From: the human T2T-CHM13v2.0 reference genome, Homo sapiens
Assembly: GCF_009914755.1 (NCBI RefSeq)
Contig: NC_060935.1
Direction: 5' to 3' (one strand)
Length of the DNA stretch: 64,000 bases
The translations under genes were made by a program, and so were the position numbers. Positions 1 to 12,980 of the stretch are shown in pieces (position 1 is the first letter of the stretch; each line of letters opens with the position of its first letter). A model generated the notes under the pieces. The model was not told where the DNA came from. It saw only the letters and a list, made by a program, of their open reading frames with translations, and ran no database searches.

Positions 1-651
1 GGGCCTGGAGTCAGTGAATGAGTCATAGCAAGACAGATTATTACTCAGATGCTGCTTTGCTTCCTATTCACCAGTAAAACCAAATGAGATCAGTTAAATG
101 TTCATCATGTGCTGATACCAAGCTCGCTGCACTTTAAGCCAAGCAAAATGGTTGATTCCCCTTTCTTTGAGTCTTTTCCTTGTTTTAGTCAGCTTTCCAA
201 GTTCTTTGGCCCCAAATAGAAGATTTTTTTTGTACCTATCCAGATTTCAAATTAAGACTAGAACCATTTTCCAATTTTTTTTTTTTGTAAAAAAGAAAGA
301 AAAGAATAAAAGTCACGTGGGATCAAATGAGTCTAAGAATCAATGACCACTTTATTTTTTCTTTGAGAATCAAATTACATATAAGCATAGTCTAGCTCTG
401 AGAAGTCCTTCACTAAAGAAATGTACTTTATTTAAACTCAAGCTTTTACTAACTATATTCAACAAGATAAAATAACTTTTATTAAGACTCTATTGTTTTT
501 GGCATTATTTTATTGCCTACCCATCGTTTTTTCCCCCAAGTAACAACTGTTAATTGTCTAGGTGAAATGCAAAACTATCAAATAAATGTTCATATAAGAA
601 AAACGCAGTGTTGTACAACCATATGTGACTTGTAGACCTCATGATCTAAAT

Positions 652-1043
652 CAGTGCTATCTAATAAATATATAATGCCAGCCACATATGTAAGTTTTTT
701 CAAGGAAATTCTTTTATTTGTTTTTTTGTTAACTGAAACACATTTAGATATACATATTTTCAGGTTACAGCCACATATGTAGTTTTATATTTTCCAGTAA
801 AAAAGACAAAAAAGGTAAAAATAATTGTAATAAAATGTTCTATTTAACTCCCTATATCCAAATATTATTTCAACATGTAATGAAAATTAAAAGTTATTGG
901 TAAGATACTTTACATTATTTGCCTACTAAGTCATGAAAATCCAGTGCAAATTTACACTTAAAGCACACCTCAATTTAGACTAGTTCCATTTCAAGAACTT
1001 GGTAGCCACACATGACTAATGGCTACCATTTGGGATGATGCAG
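652..1043. mobile_element. MER33-like hAT-Charlie DNA transposon (MITE), interrupted by a short insertion
   Basis: Starts cagtgctatctaataaatatataatgccagccacatatgta and ends gtagccacacatgactaatggctaccatttgggatgatgcag; resembles the recalled MER33/MER3 termini and body. Confidence 0.75.
693..767 (-). mobile_element. Tiny L1 3'-tail fragment (old L1MA/PB-like) inside MER33
   Basis: T-rich tract then ttaactgaaacacatttagatatacatattttcaggttac, flanked by direct repeat cagccacatatgta (679-692 and 768-781). Confidence 0.55.
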
Positions 1044-1629
1044 GTCCAGAGTAAGCTGCAATGCAAAAAGTATGCAAGTGATAGTATCTGACTGTTCATG
1101 AAGATTAATAAAAAAGTATCATTCTAGTTGCAAAAACATGGATTTTATAGTAATTCTTCTTCCCACGAGTATAGTGCAACCAGCCTGATCTGGTCCCAAC
1201 AACATCATCTGGAATTAGGCCAGCCTCTGGAAATCATTTGGTAAAAGACATATAGGAACTCAACATTTATATTTCTTTAATTTTTCTGTTTCATCCCACT
1301 CCATTGTCAAGTGTGCCCCCATGAGAAGTGAACACGATTGGTAGAAACCTTGATTACTTAATGGAAGTCAGCAGGAAGGGATTCAAAACCTCACTTAACT
1401 TTATCAGGATATATTTTAATTTTACTTATGGTAGGCCTTTGAGTTGATCTTCCATGTTTTAGAACTCTGATAGGCATTTGGATGTGGCTGAAAAATATTG
1501 AGACTTATTAGATGGAACCACTGGATTGGACTTTGAAGGGCCAGTGAAATTTTAAATGCAGTATCATTAGAGTAGACGTGTGTGCATGTGTTTATTAGGT
1601 AATAGATAATGAAAGTAATACTTAACATT

Positions 1630-1800
1630 TACTTTTTTTTTCCACGTGCCAAGCCCTATTTAATAGGCATCATCTGTTTTAATCCTTACAATTCCATGAA
1701 TAGCCTCATTATACAGATAAAGAAAATAAGGCTTAGGCAGCTTAGGGAAATTTGACTGAGGTCCCACAGTTGTTGGCTATATTCAATGCCAGAGCCCATA
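1630..1800 (-). mobile_element. MIR SINE
   Basis: Degenerate core: cattatacagataaagaaaataaggcttagg...gaggtcccacag. Confidence 0.7.
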
Positions 1801-2439
1801 TGCTTATAGAACAGGGAGTTCCCATGTACTGTATTTCCAATAATCTGCAACCTTTGAGGATCAACCGAGATTGAGAAATCAGGATAGTAAGGCTGTAGAC
1901 CAACCACTTTGCAAGAATGTGTCCTCTGGGGGAATATCCCTGAATATTTTTGACACTAGAATGGTGTTCACATAACTTTCCTCAATTCTATGATTGTGAA
2001 GATCATATAATTTCTATTTTAAAGATTGCAATTTGTCCTGGAGAGTCAAGATTATTCTCTGGGTACAGCTTTAGTTTATCCATGCCTTGCAATTTTAAAC
2101 ATGATGACTCTCTCTGTTCCCAGACATTGTGGCTCTGACAAGCTCCTGCTGCAGTCACTTCATTAATCTTACTCTACCAGGGCACCTGTTCACTATTGTG
2201 CGGTGTCGGCTGGTATCATATGGTAATTATGTTGTTAATTCATGGGCTGATGTTTTCCAGGCTGAAGCATGGCTTCTTACAGGTAGTGATCTGGGCAATC
2301 AAACTGAGCAGACAAGAAAAACACTGACAATTGTCTGCTTCTACTAGCTTGGTTGTATGACATGACTCTGGGTGGAACAATGGCCATTTGTTGAATATGG
2401 TCTTTTTCATGGGGCTGCTACTCAGCAGAAAGTCCCTTA

Positions 2440-2640
2440 GTTAAGTGGTGATATAAAGCACAAACTCTTGAGCAAGATTCAACTTGACCTGAATCCTAGC
2501 TCCACTCCTTACTTTTAGATCTTAAAGTTACTTAACCTCTCACTGTCCTTATTTACATGATGGGAATAATAAAAAAGCCAGTATCTGATGCAAACTATTA
2601 GCCCAATAAACACACAATAAATGTTCATTTCTATTATTGT
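2440..2640 (+). mobile_element. MIR SINE
   Basis: ctgaatcctagctccactccttact...aagttacttaacctctc...atgatgggaataat. Confidence 0.7.
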
Positions 2641-2874
2641 TATTTGGCAAATATGTATTGATGCCTAACTTTTACTTAGCAACATGAAAAAGCTTCTTAG
2701 AGAAAATGGTACTCTAGTTCAGCTTTCCATAAATAAGACCAAATAAATAGGTTGAGATAAGATAGAAGGATGTTACAGATGGCAGCTTGTGTGGTCTGTT
2801 GTGGCTTGGGTTGTTGAACGCTGAGAATCTGCAATGAGATTTTTGCCTTTCAGTCTCATGTGATATAATTTCTG

Positions 2875-3085
2875 AAGGACTTAGACTACAATTTTGGCTT
2901 TACTACTTCTTAGCAGGGTGACTTGGGCAAGTTACTTGACTACTTCGTTTCTTCCAAAAGTGCAGGTAATAATGGTACCTACTTCATAAGGTCTCTCCTA
3001 GGATTAAATAAGTAAAGCCTATCAAACACCTAAACCAGTGTCTGGTCCATGGTAAATGTTCAGGAGCAATTAGCTATTGTTTATA
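2875..3085 (+). mobile_element. MIR SINE
   Basis: gtgacttgggcaagttacttgac...taataatggtacctacttcataagg...ggattaaata. Confidence 0.75.
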
Positions 3086-3289
3086 ATATTATTACTTATG
3101 GAGGTTATAGTTTCACTGGGGAGGCAGACTTAGCACATGAAATAATAAGTGACCTATGATTCATTGTCACATGTATAACATGTAGTCAAAGACAGTAGTT
3201 TTTAACCATTTCACCAATAAGAACCTCCTTATCATTCCCTCTTCCAGTGACTCTGTTAAAAAAATCACGCAAAACAGCACCACAGAAAC

Positions 3290-3680
3290 TTTTGTTTTCT
3301 TATTATAAAAGCAGTGAATGGACATTGTAGACAAATTATAAAATATAGATGAACAAGGTGTGGTGGTGAAACCAGAACTATAATCACATTTCTCAGAGAT
3401 AACAATTGCTAACACCTTGATATGTTAGCTTTTCATATCTTTGTGTGCACATATATATATTTTTAAAAAATAGAATTATACTATTCATACTATTTTTGTA
3501 CTTAGTAAATTATGAGTATTTGTATCTATTAATAAATATTTATCAGCCATTTATTAATGATTAAATACTATTCCATTGATGAATGCACTGTCATTCTTTC
3601 AAGCAGTCTGTACCGTGGCATGTGTAAGGTCTTCCATTTTTGGGCATGTGTGCCATGGTGAACAGCGCTAGGATGAGACT
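3290..3680 (-). mobile_element. Ancient L1M (L1ME/MC-like) 3' fragment
   Basis: cagagataacaattgctaacaccttgatat...aaatactattccattgatgaatg resembles antisense old L1 3'UTR. Confidence 0.45.
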
Positions 3681-4432
3681 GCCTTATGCCTACATGACCA
3701 TGGATGCCTGGGTAAAGAGGATGATCATGGGTCTGTATCTTGGAGGTAAGGGCCTAGGCAGGCCTGTTGTCCACTTCTGGAGCAGGAGAGGACACAGGCA
3801 AGGCAGTCCCAAGTGGTGAATCCAAGACTGGAGGGGAGACAGAGTATAAAATGTGATTTATGAGAGCATAGCCAAGGTAAGCCAAAAAGGGCCTGTAGGT
3901 CCTGTGGATGAAGACCAGAAAGAGCCTCCAGTTAGCAGGAGAGGCCTTTTCTGGAACACCAGTCCCCTAAGCCTCTCTTTAATCGTGATTCTATGAATTT
4001 CTGCCCTACGAGGTCAGAGAAGGGCCAACAGCTCCATGAGATGGGGTAGTTAGAAAACCTCCCTGAAGCAGATGTTTTGGGTAATAAGTAAAAATGAATA
4101 GGCAGAGATACAATGGAAGCATGCTTCAGAAGGAAGAATTGCAGGTCTAGTGTGGTGTGGCTTGGAACCTGTGAGTTCTGAGAAGGTGGCAGTGCAGTTG
4201 CAGGCTTGTATTCACACTGGGGAGCCTCTGGTAGCTGCCCATGAGTTTCTGTGCAAAGAACCATGACTCATCTTTGTTGGCAGAAAAGTGGGGAAGAAAA
4301 ACAAACCAATGAACATTAGTCGATATCCTGGCTTAAAAAAAATCTATTAAAAAATCACCATATCCAAATTAGCTTAATCTCCCAAAAACTGTATTTAATA
4401 TAACCATACATGAAAGTAAATAAACTGAAATA

Positions 4433-4855
<423 letters not shown>

Positions 4856-7782
4856 TTATGCCCAGAAGAAAACTTCTAGTTTTCCCTAACATATTGCCTA
4901 TTGTTAGGTTGTTTCCTTTCTTTCCTGCTATGGTAAACAGTGCTACGATGAGACTATGGTATTCCAGCTCAGTTATTTTAAATATTTTATCTAATGGAAT
5001 TTTACTGTATTTTTGCCCTGGAGACTTGCAGCAGTGGGCAGAACCATGCAGGGCTAACTGATAAATAATAAATGTGATAATGCCCATTAATCTGTATTTG
5101 GAAGCAGTGTTTCCTCTGCTCTTTTCAGGTTTTGACATTTACTTGTACTGTTTGCCCTGTATGTGGAGGTTTATATAGTTACACTTTCCATGGAAACATC
5201 TTCTTTAAATTTCCAGAACCTGTAACATATATTTTTCTCTACTATTAACCCAGTAGGGAAGAATGTTCATATTAGAATGAGGTCAAGCTTGTTTTCTGTA
5301 ATTTGCCATGAAACTCTGAGAAACCCAGTGTTCTTATCTGCACCCCCTTATTTCTGCTGTTCCCCTTCCCAGCCACCAGCAGTGACCTTTCTTTGTTTAT
5401 ATCTCTGACCTGCTCAGTTTCCATGGTGGTGTGGAGCATTGTGACTGTTTTAGAGATAAATGGCTTTTCACTGGCTTTTCCAATGACATTTTTACATGGT
5501 GAGCTTTTACAGCCTGTAATATACTATAGAGAAAAATGACAAGAGGCAGCACAATTTTGCTTGATCTTGGCCCTGAGCAGGCTGTGAGGCAGGGATGGGA
5601 CCAGTCCTACAAACACCAGAGTCCTTGCTCTCTGATTTTGTGTCAGAGTTTTAATCCATTAACTTTATTCAGCAGAATTCACTAACCAGCATTGTACATG
5701 CCTTCCAGGGACCATGCACAGGCACTTGATAACTGTTTGGTAAATTTGAACTTAGGCAAAATTTGCAACTACTTATTATAATGTGTTAAGAAAATTGATT
5801 ATATTTCTCCATATCAAAAAAGGCATTCACTGACAACTTTGAGATGCAGTTATGATCCTTTACCCCTACTGCATCATGGCCTGCTGGGGTGCAATCCTCA
5901 TCCATCCTTTGGCAGTAGAAAGACCCTGTGAGTAACACAGTCCATGAAGGGTGGATGCCTGAATGGTGCAGCCCTGGGCACATGTGAGCATGGTACGATG
6001 GCCACCCTTCAGTGTGCTGTGAGAGAGCATGCTGCCAGAGAGCCTTGGAATCCATTTCAGACATTTAGAGGGCTTGATGCATCCTCTTACCTGCGGGGAG
6101 TTCCAGTTGGCCATTGGAGCTGCTCCTGTAGTGCCCAGGAGGTGAGAGAGCACAGAGTGGTGGAAAGAGTGAAGGAGCAGCTTTCAGTGCCTCATTACAC
6201 TCCTTGGCAGCTTTGTAGCTTGGGTAAATCTCAACGTATCTCTGAGCCTAACAGTCCACTTCCATATTATTTTAACGGGCCTACTTGTGTACCTACCTTC
6301 CAGGTTATTGTCAGGTTCCATTAAATAAACTCCTCTGGTTCTTCACAACTCTCTCCAACTTCACTGCCTATGCCTGGAAGAAGAGGTGTTTGGAAGTATT
6401 TGATGATAGAATGAAAAGTATTGCACAGATAATTTTGGTCAAACCTTTTCAATTTTGGAGCAGATGGGGTCTCATTCACTTCCTGCTCATTGGAGGGTAG
6501 TGCAAATGCCTCAATTGCTTAATTGAGGGAACAGCCAACTGTGGTTTGATGTCATGATACATTCTATTGTGCCAGTCATCAAACCCACATTTCCTTGGGG
6601 CCCAAAATAGGAATCCGGTTGTTGTAGGACATGTATTTTTGCATTGTTTCAAATGCTAGTTGATCTTTAACTTTGCATGCCTTATATACATTCCTGGAGC
6701 TCTTTCAAAGTATAATATTAAGCAAGAGAAGCTATGGTTTGTGTATGGCACAAAAAAAAAATAAGAAAAAAGAAAATGTTTTCCTTTGTTTTGTCTTTGG
6801 CCCAGGGTTTATTGCTGCCAGGGACCTATTTATTAGCCAGCTTTAAAAAGCAGCTGTTCTCTGTCTTCTTTTTTCCTCCAATGATGCCTGCCTTGGATAT
6901 TTGGGCATGGCTTAATGTTAGGCGATGCTCTGTAAAGCGAGTTCTGGGAAATGGATTTCATACCTCTTTCAGAGGGTAGAGAAATTGAAGCATAAATATT
7001 GAATCCACGTATTAAAGAGAAGGTAGATAATTAAGCTCTTGTCTGGTCCCTGGCAGCTTGTTGATGTGTTTTTATTTTCTAGTGAATGAGTGATATTCTT
7101 CAAAGAGAGGTGCCATCTGGGAAATCAGGTCTCTGCTGAAGCATAGCCATGATCCCTGCATTGCCATGTTCTGCACAGGTCCAGCTCTAACCCACAGGCG
7201 AACGGCAGGGCTGGACTAATTACGCAGCTGTCAGAATCACACAAATGAATGGACTGGGAGTTCTGCTTCCTTGTCTGTGACAGTGTGTATTGGTTTGGAT
7301 TTCACTTTTCTAACAGTGGTATTTTAACAGGCAAGAGAGCATTTGTATGAAATTGAAAACTTTCTAAAAACAGTATTAAGAAGTGTATCTGTGCATGCTT
7401 GCAGCCCAGTGATACAGAGCTTGCTACCAGCACAAAGCCACCATTGCTTGTAAGACAAATAGATGAAATTTAGCATCCCACTGCAAGAGAGTGACTTTCA
7501 TACCCTGCAGAAACATACTCACATGCACAACACATGCACCTAGTACCTCTACTCATTAGATATATGTTATGGACATTGTATAGCTGAAGTATAATTATGT
7601 TGTAGATATGTAACAGGAAGCTTTTTGATATAGAATGTTTCTCCTTGAATAGGGGAGGCAACTCCCTCTCCTGAATGAACCATCACCACTGCACTACAGA
7701 CATGTTGTGAAATCATCCAGAAACCAAATAGAAGATCCCCTTTTTTTCTGTTCTGAGCTATGTGAACCAGGAAAATGTGTGA

Positions 7783-7990
7783 AGGGCCATGCCATGCCTA
7801 GCCATATTGGAGTCCATGGCTAAAGGAAAAATCACTAATACTGACTTTGTCTTTATACAAAATTTTGATATTTGGTTTATCATGGGTTGCATTAATTTTG
7901 ATTTTTAAAAAAGTTTGCATTAAGATATTACTTAATAGGTTGGAACTCTTTGGGCAACCACTTAAACTTTATATCCCTAGTCCCAGCCCT
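7783..7990. mobile_element. MER96B-like hAT MITE
   Basis: agggcc...aaaggaaaaatcactaatactgactttgtcttta...gcattaattttgattttt...cctagtcccagccctg. Confidence 0.65.
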
Positions 7991-8166
7991 GTTGAGGGTC
8001 CCTTTGCATTTCTCTGTGGATGAGAGGAGAGAGATAAGGGCTTCCCATGCTTTTTCTGCTGCCTATCACACTCTCCCCTCCTCCCTACCATATCTGGTTA
8101 TGGGATAGCAACTGAATCAGGCATAGCCTTCATTCATGAAGTTAATGGTCTGGAAGTAATGATAGA

Positions 8167-8238
8167 CAAAATCAGATTAAACACATTTATAAATATCAGA
8201 GTAAATACATTTATAAAAATTAGAGTTAACACATTTAT
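8167..8238. repeat. 24-bp unit minisatellite, about 3 copies
   Basis: aaaatcagattaaacacatttat / aaatatcagagtaaatacatttat / aaaaattagagttaacacatttat. Confidence 0.85.
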
Positions 8239-8919
8239 AAATACATTTTTTACAAAGGGAGATGGAAAAAAATGAACATCATAATGTTGAAAACAAGGGT
8301 GGGTATGGTGATGAAGAATCTTACTTGAGCAGTTAGAACAGACACACAGATGAGCTGACATTTAAGTTCACACCTGATGAAAAGAAACCACAAGACAAGG
8401 TGTCGGGAGAGACCTCCAAGTAGAGGACACTGTGTGAAGACCTAAAGTTAAAAACAGATTGGCTGGTGTCAGCAAGTGTGTTAAGTAAGGCAGGAGGTGA
8501 GGCACAGGGAAGAGGGCCAGAGTCAGAGGCAGGGACCAGATGACATACAGTCCTTGAAGGTTAATGTTAGATGTTCAAATAGGGGAATGACGGTGTTTAG
8601 AAGACATCTCTGAGAAACTTCCTCTCACCCTCGCCTCGACTTGCTGTACCCACAGCAGCCTCTATCATGGTACTTATTGCAGTGTAGCAAATGCTTTGTT
8701 ATATGTTTGAAGGTACTCCCACCCTTGATACTGCAGATAGCAGTCTGCTGAAAAAGAGCTTTGGAGATCAGGAAAGCTCTTCGCAGTATCCATTGGGAGT
8801 CTTAGGATCAGAATCTCATACTCTGAATGCATGAATATTTTTTTGTGGTATACATTTTCTTCAGTTACTTCTCTGTCTCCTTAAAGAAAATACTGCCTCA
8901 TCTCAGCTTTAAGGAATTA

Positions 8920-9262
8920 TTATTTTGCTTTTTGAGGTTGTTTTTATTTTTATTTTTTCTTTCTAATTTTTATTTTAGGTTCAGGGAGTACATGTGCAAG
9001 TTTGTCTTATGAATAAATTGCATGTCATGGGGGTTTGATGTACAGATTATTTCATCATCCAGGGAGTAAGCATAGTATCTGATAGGTAGTTTTTCCATCC
9101 TCACTCTCCTCCCACCCTCCACCCTTGAGTATGTCCTGGTATCTATCGTTCCCTTCTCTGTGTCCATGTGTACTCGCTGTTTTGCTCCCACTTCTAAGTG
9201 AGAACATGTGGTATTTGGTTTTCTGTTCCTGCGTTAATTTGCTTAGGATAATGGCCTCCAGC
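8920..9262 (-). mobile_element. 5'-truncated L1 3' end (L1PA15/16-like)
   Basis: T-rich tail then gttcagggagtacatgtgcaag...gtgagaacatgtggtatttggttttctg...gcttaggataatggcctccagc; degenerate TSD agctttaaggaatt (8905) / agctttaaagaaatt (9264); minus-strand ORF LEAIILSKLTQEQKTKYHMFSL is the L1 ORF2 C-terminus. Confidence 0.93.
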
Positions 9263-10124
9263 AAGCTTTAAAGAAATTTTATCTAAAGTTTTAAGGAGAA
9301 TCCAGTATCCTGCTGTTTCAAGAATCACAAAGGAAGGTAAAACCAAAGTGAGAAAATAGTAAAGGAAAGAGTGGAAGACCACCTAGAGAACTTCTTCCAA
9401 AGCAGAGACTCCTTTGTTTCTTATTATCTGCTAAAAACCATAGGATGTTTTAGGCCTTGTTTTACCAAGATTTATTTCTTTGCTCATGCCGAAGAATTTC
9501 AATATCTAATTTATTAATTAGCTTTCCATTTCAACAACTTGTTCAGTGACAGATTTTCCTTTGTTGATGTGTTTTAGGAATTGAAATTCCTACAATATAT
9601 AAGAGGTTAATAAAAAAGTGTTTGTCTTATTCCCTGGCCAATAGAACTTCCAGTACTTCTTGTTCTCATCTGTCTCAGAGAGAAATCTCACTTTCCTGCA
9701 GTCAACTCTGTTGCCCATTGGCATTTTTTAAGTCCTTTATCCTCTCCTTCTGCAAACACACATTAGTGTCTGCTGCATGTGACTTGGCAATTGTGCAAAG
9801 AAACAAGATGCACAAGCCCCATGCTCAGCGTGGAGCAGCCTGCTTCTTGATGGTTTATGGGGTGACAGCATCATTTGATGTGCTTTGGAAGCATGCTAGA
9901 GTGAGAAGTTTATTTTGCTTTGCTATTACCTTCACAGAGGAGCAAATATTTATAACCAGACTCAAAAGATGTCTAATAATGTGTGGTATTGACCAATTTA
10001 TATACTGTTCCTTGACTATAATTGCTGGCATGCTCTCATTTTGTATCAGTCTTGTCTGAACAAGTGAGAGGCAGATATTCTTTAGCAAATTATTGAATCG
10101 TTAGTGTGTTTCTTGGAGATAATG

Positions 10125-10390
10125 TAACATAGTGTTTAGAATTGCTGGTTCTGGAACAAGACTACCTGTCTACAAATTCCAGGTCTGCCAGCTGACAGCG
10201 TCTGTAACCCTGGGAAACATCCTGAAACCCTCCAAAGTTCATATTTCTTACCTGTAAAATGGGGTTGAATACTACTAGAATCTACCTCATACAGTTTCTG
10301 TGAAAATAAATGAAATAATCCTTGTAAAGCACTATTTAGCATAGTGACTAGCAACTAACAAACATCCAATCAATGGTACCTATTTTTATT
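10125..10390 (+). mobile_element. MIR SINE, near full length
   Basis: catagtgtttagaattgctggttctgg...cttacctgtaaaatggggttg...aaatgaaataatccttgtaaagcact. Confidence 0.85.
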
Positions 10391-10391
10391 G

Positions 10392-10520
10392 GCATCAGAA
10401 TTGACTTGGGGAGTTTATTAAAAACACTGGCCCTTGGGTCCCACTGAGACTCACTGGATCAGCTGTTCAAGGTAATTTTTGGAATCTGTATTTCTAACAA
10501 GCACTCCAGGTTATTTACAC
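10392..10520. mobile_element. MER5-like hAT MITE fragment
   Basis: gcatcagaattgacttggggagtttattaaaa...gaatctgtatttctaacaagcactccagg. Confidence 0.65.
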
Positions 10521-10929
10521 TGGTAGTCTGGCACTCATATCTTACTGGGGCTTGTCAACTACAGAACTTCAAAGGGTAAATGCCTGGACATTAGTTAGAA
10601 AAGCCTGAGCTTGAATTGCAGTTCTCCGACCCCTTTCTGTCGGTGTGACATTGGATGTTTTACCTATTTTTCCTGACCTTCTGTTTCTTAACTTCTAAAA
10701 TAGGGGTGATGTTTTTCTAGGTTTGTGATGAAACCACGTGAATGTGGTAAAATAATAAATGTTGGATACTAAGCACCTAGCACATGGTTAAGGGCTTTAT
10801 AAAGCATGGCTTCTGGTCTCACGAGTGTGTGCCAGCCATGGTGTCAGATGCTGGGGATCCAAAGACAATAGACACCTTGAGGTTTGCAGCCAGAAGTGTA
10901 AAGGATGAGTGTTTTAATCAAGAATAACA

Positions 10930-11250
10930 CCTAATGGTTGGGAGGGTCCCTAAAAATCACCTAGTCCAAACTGGTGGAGGGATTGTCCTTTAACATTCCC
11001 CACAAGTGGTGATCTTCTAAATGGCACACAACTCTGTCACAAGTTAGAGCAAACCACAGTGTGCCTCCTTGTGTATTCTAATTGTTGGTCCTGGCATGTA
11101 GGTCCCTCTGGGGGCCCACAGAGTAAGTTTCATCCTTGGATGCAGTTACCATCTTCAAATATCTGAAGGCAGATGTCATATTTCCCCTGCCTTTAATTTT
11201 TCAAATCACTATCTCCGATTACTTAAAGTGTTTCTCATATAGGGTAATTT
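10930..11250 (-). mobile_element. L3/CR1 LINE relic
   Basis: ggttgggagggtccctaaaaatcacctagtccaa...cttcaaatatctgaaggcag. Confidence 0.5.
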
Positions 11251-12179
11251 GGGGCTTCCCCAGACCCACATTCTGCTCCCATTAGCAGGGTTTTCTTCAG
11301 CCTGAGGGAAGCTCAGGGAACAACTGTCATGGCATGGATGCCTCAGCAGAAGGGCATATAGGGCCCCTTAAATGGTCTGCATGGGAACAGCATAGGAAAT
11401 AATGCTGTTGCATGTGATAATCGTACATTAACTAGTTATGCCAAAGTGGGTGGATTTGATAACTGTGGAAGAACATTGGAAGGATAAGTCGGAAAAATAA
11501 GGGCTTCTTAGAATGTACCTAGAATATCCTGAGCTTTCATTTAAGCCCAGTGTCTGTTTGAAAGTTATTCTTTTGGAATGTTTAAGTATTTCTAGCACAT
11601 TAAGCTTATCTGGCTTTGCTGTGCTTATAACAAATAAAAACGCTCTGGGACCTGTTTGAGAGGACCATGCCATTTAAACTCTGTGAGCTAATGAGAAGGC
11701 CAAAGCATACATTTGATAAGCTTTGTCATCTTTTTGTCTGCAGATCATAGACCTTGCATTTTAATTTACTATACATAATGCTTTCTTAATGAGTTCCAGT
11801 GGATGGCCATTGAAACATGCTGGAGCAGCTGCCGACGTGATTATGGGGGAGAAAAAGCATTTATTTGATTTACGTGATATGCAGTTAGGGTAACTAATAT
11901 TTGCAGCCGGGGTACAATAATGGCAAGGAAAAAAATTTGCAGTATTACTGTGGACAGGAGAAAGGTGCTGAATCAATTTATTTTTCCTGTACATGTGAAA
12001 ACTACTAATTGAAAGCTAATGGAATTGCATTTTAAATGTTGAGTATCTTGCTAGACATTGGTTAGCATTGTGCCAGAAAGTTCATATTAAGCCAATGCAA
12101 TTATCAGAATTATTTTTTAAGTGAAAATTGAATTGAGTTTCCAGGGACTGATTTTGGCTATGTTATAAAACATTGCCCT

Positions 12180-12649
12180 TCACAATGGTTGAACTAGTTT
12201 ACAGTCCCACCAACAGTGTAAAAGTGTTCCTGTTTCTCCACATCCTCTCCAGCACCTGTTGTTTCCTGACTTTTAATGATCGCCATTCTAACTGGTGTGA
12301 GATGGTATCTCATTGTGGTTTTGATTTGCATTTCTCTGATGGCCAGTGATGATGAGCATTTTTTCATGTGTGAAACCATCATTCTGAGCAAACTGCCACA
12401 AGGACAGAAAACCAAACACCGCATGTTCTCACTCATAGGTGGGAATTGAACAATGAGAACACTTGGACACAGGGTGGGGAACATCACACATCAGGGCCTG
12501 TCATGGGGTGGGGGGCAGGCAGAGGGATAGCATTCGGAGAAATACCTGATGTAAATGATGAGTTAATGGGTGCAGCACACCAACATGGCACATGTATACA
12601 TATGTAACAAACCTGCACGTTGTAAAACTTAAAGTATAATAAAAAAAAA
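12180..12649 (+). mobile_element. 5'-inverted (twin-primed) L1PA, about L1PA4-6
   Basis: 12180-12370 is antisense ORF2 ([32 protein letters not shown]), joined directly to sense gaaaccatcattctgagcaaact...3'UTR...ttaaagtataataaaaaaaaa; degenerate TSD aaaacattgccctt / aaaaaaatgccttt. Confidence 0.92.
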
Positions 12650-12769
12650 TGCCTTTAAAAGTTAATTGTGGATTGGTGAAACAGGGAAAAAAAAAGATTG
12701 GAGATAATTCCTAAGAGTAAAACATCAACAAAGTCACAGATGTAATTACCATAGTCATAAATAGTAGCA

Positions 12770-12980
12770 TTTAGTATTAATAAGTGTTGAAAAGCACTTT
12801 CATGTACATCACCTGATTTCATTATCTTAATTCTATACAGCAGGTACTATTGTCCTACCTTCCAGATGGGGAAATGGAGGCTTTAAAAGCTTAATTATGT
12901 ATCCAAGGTAGGAATGATAGGAAGAATGGTAGGAATGATCAAATATGATGTGAGCTCTGACTCTTTGACTCTAAATTTTA
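12770..12980 (-). mobile_element. MIR SINE
   Basis: caggtactattgtcctaccttccagatggggaaatggaggc. Confidence 0.7.
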
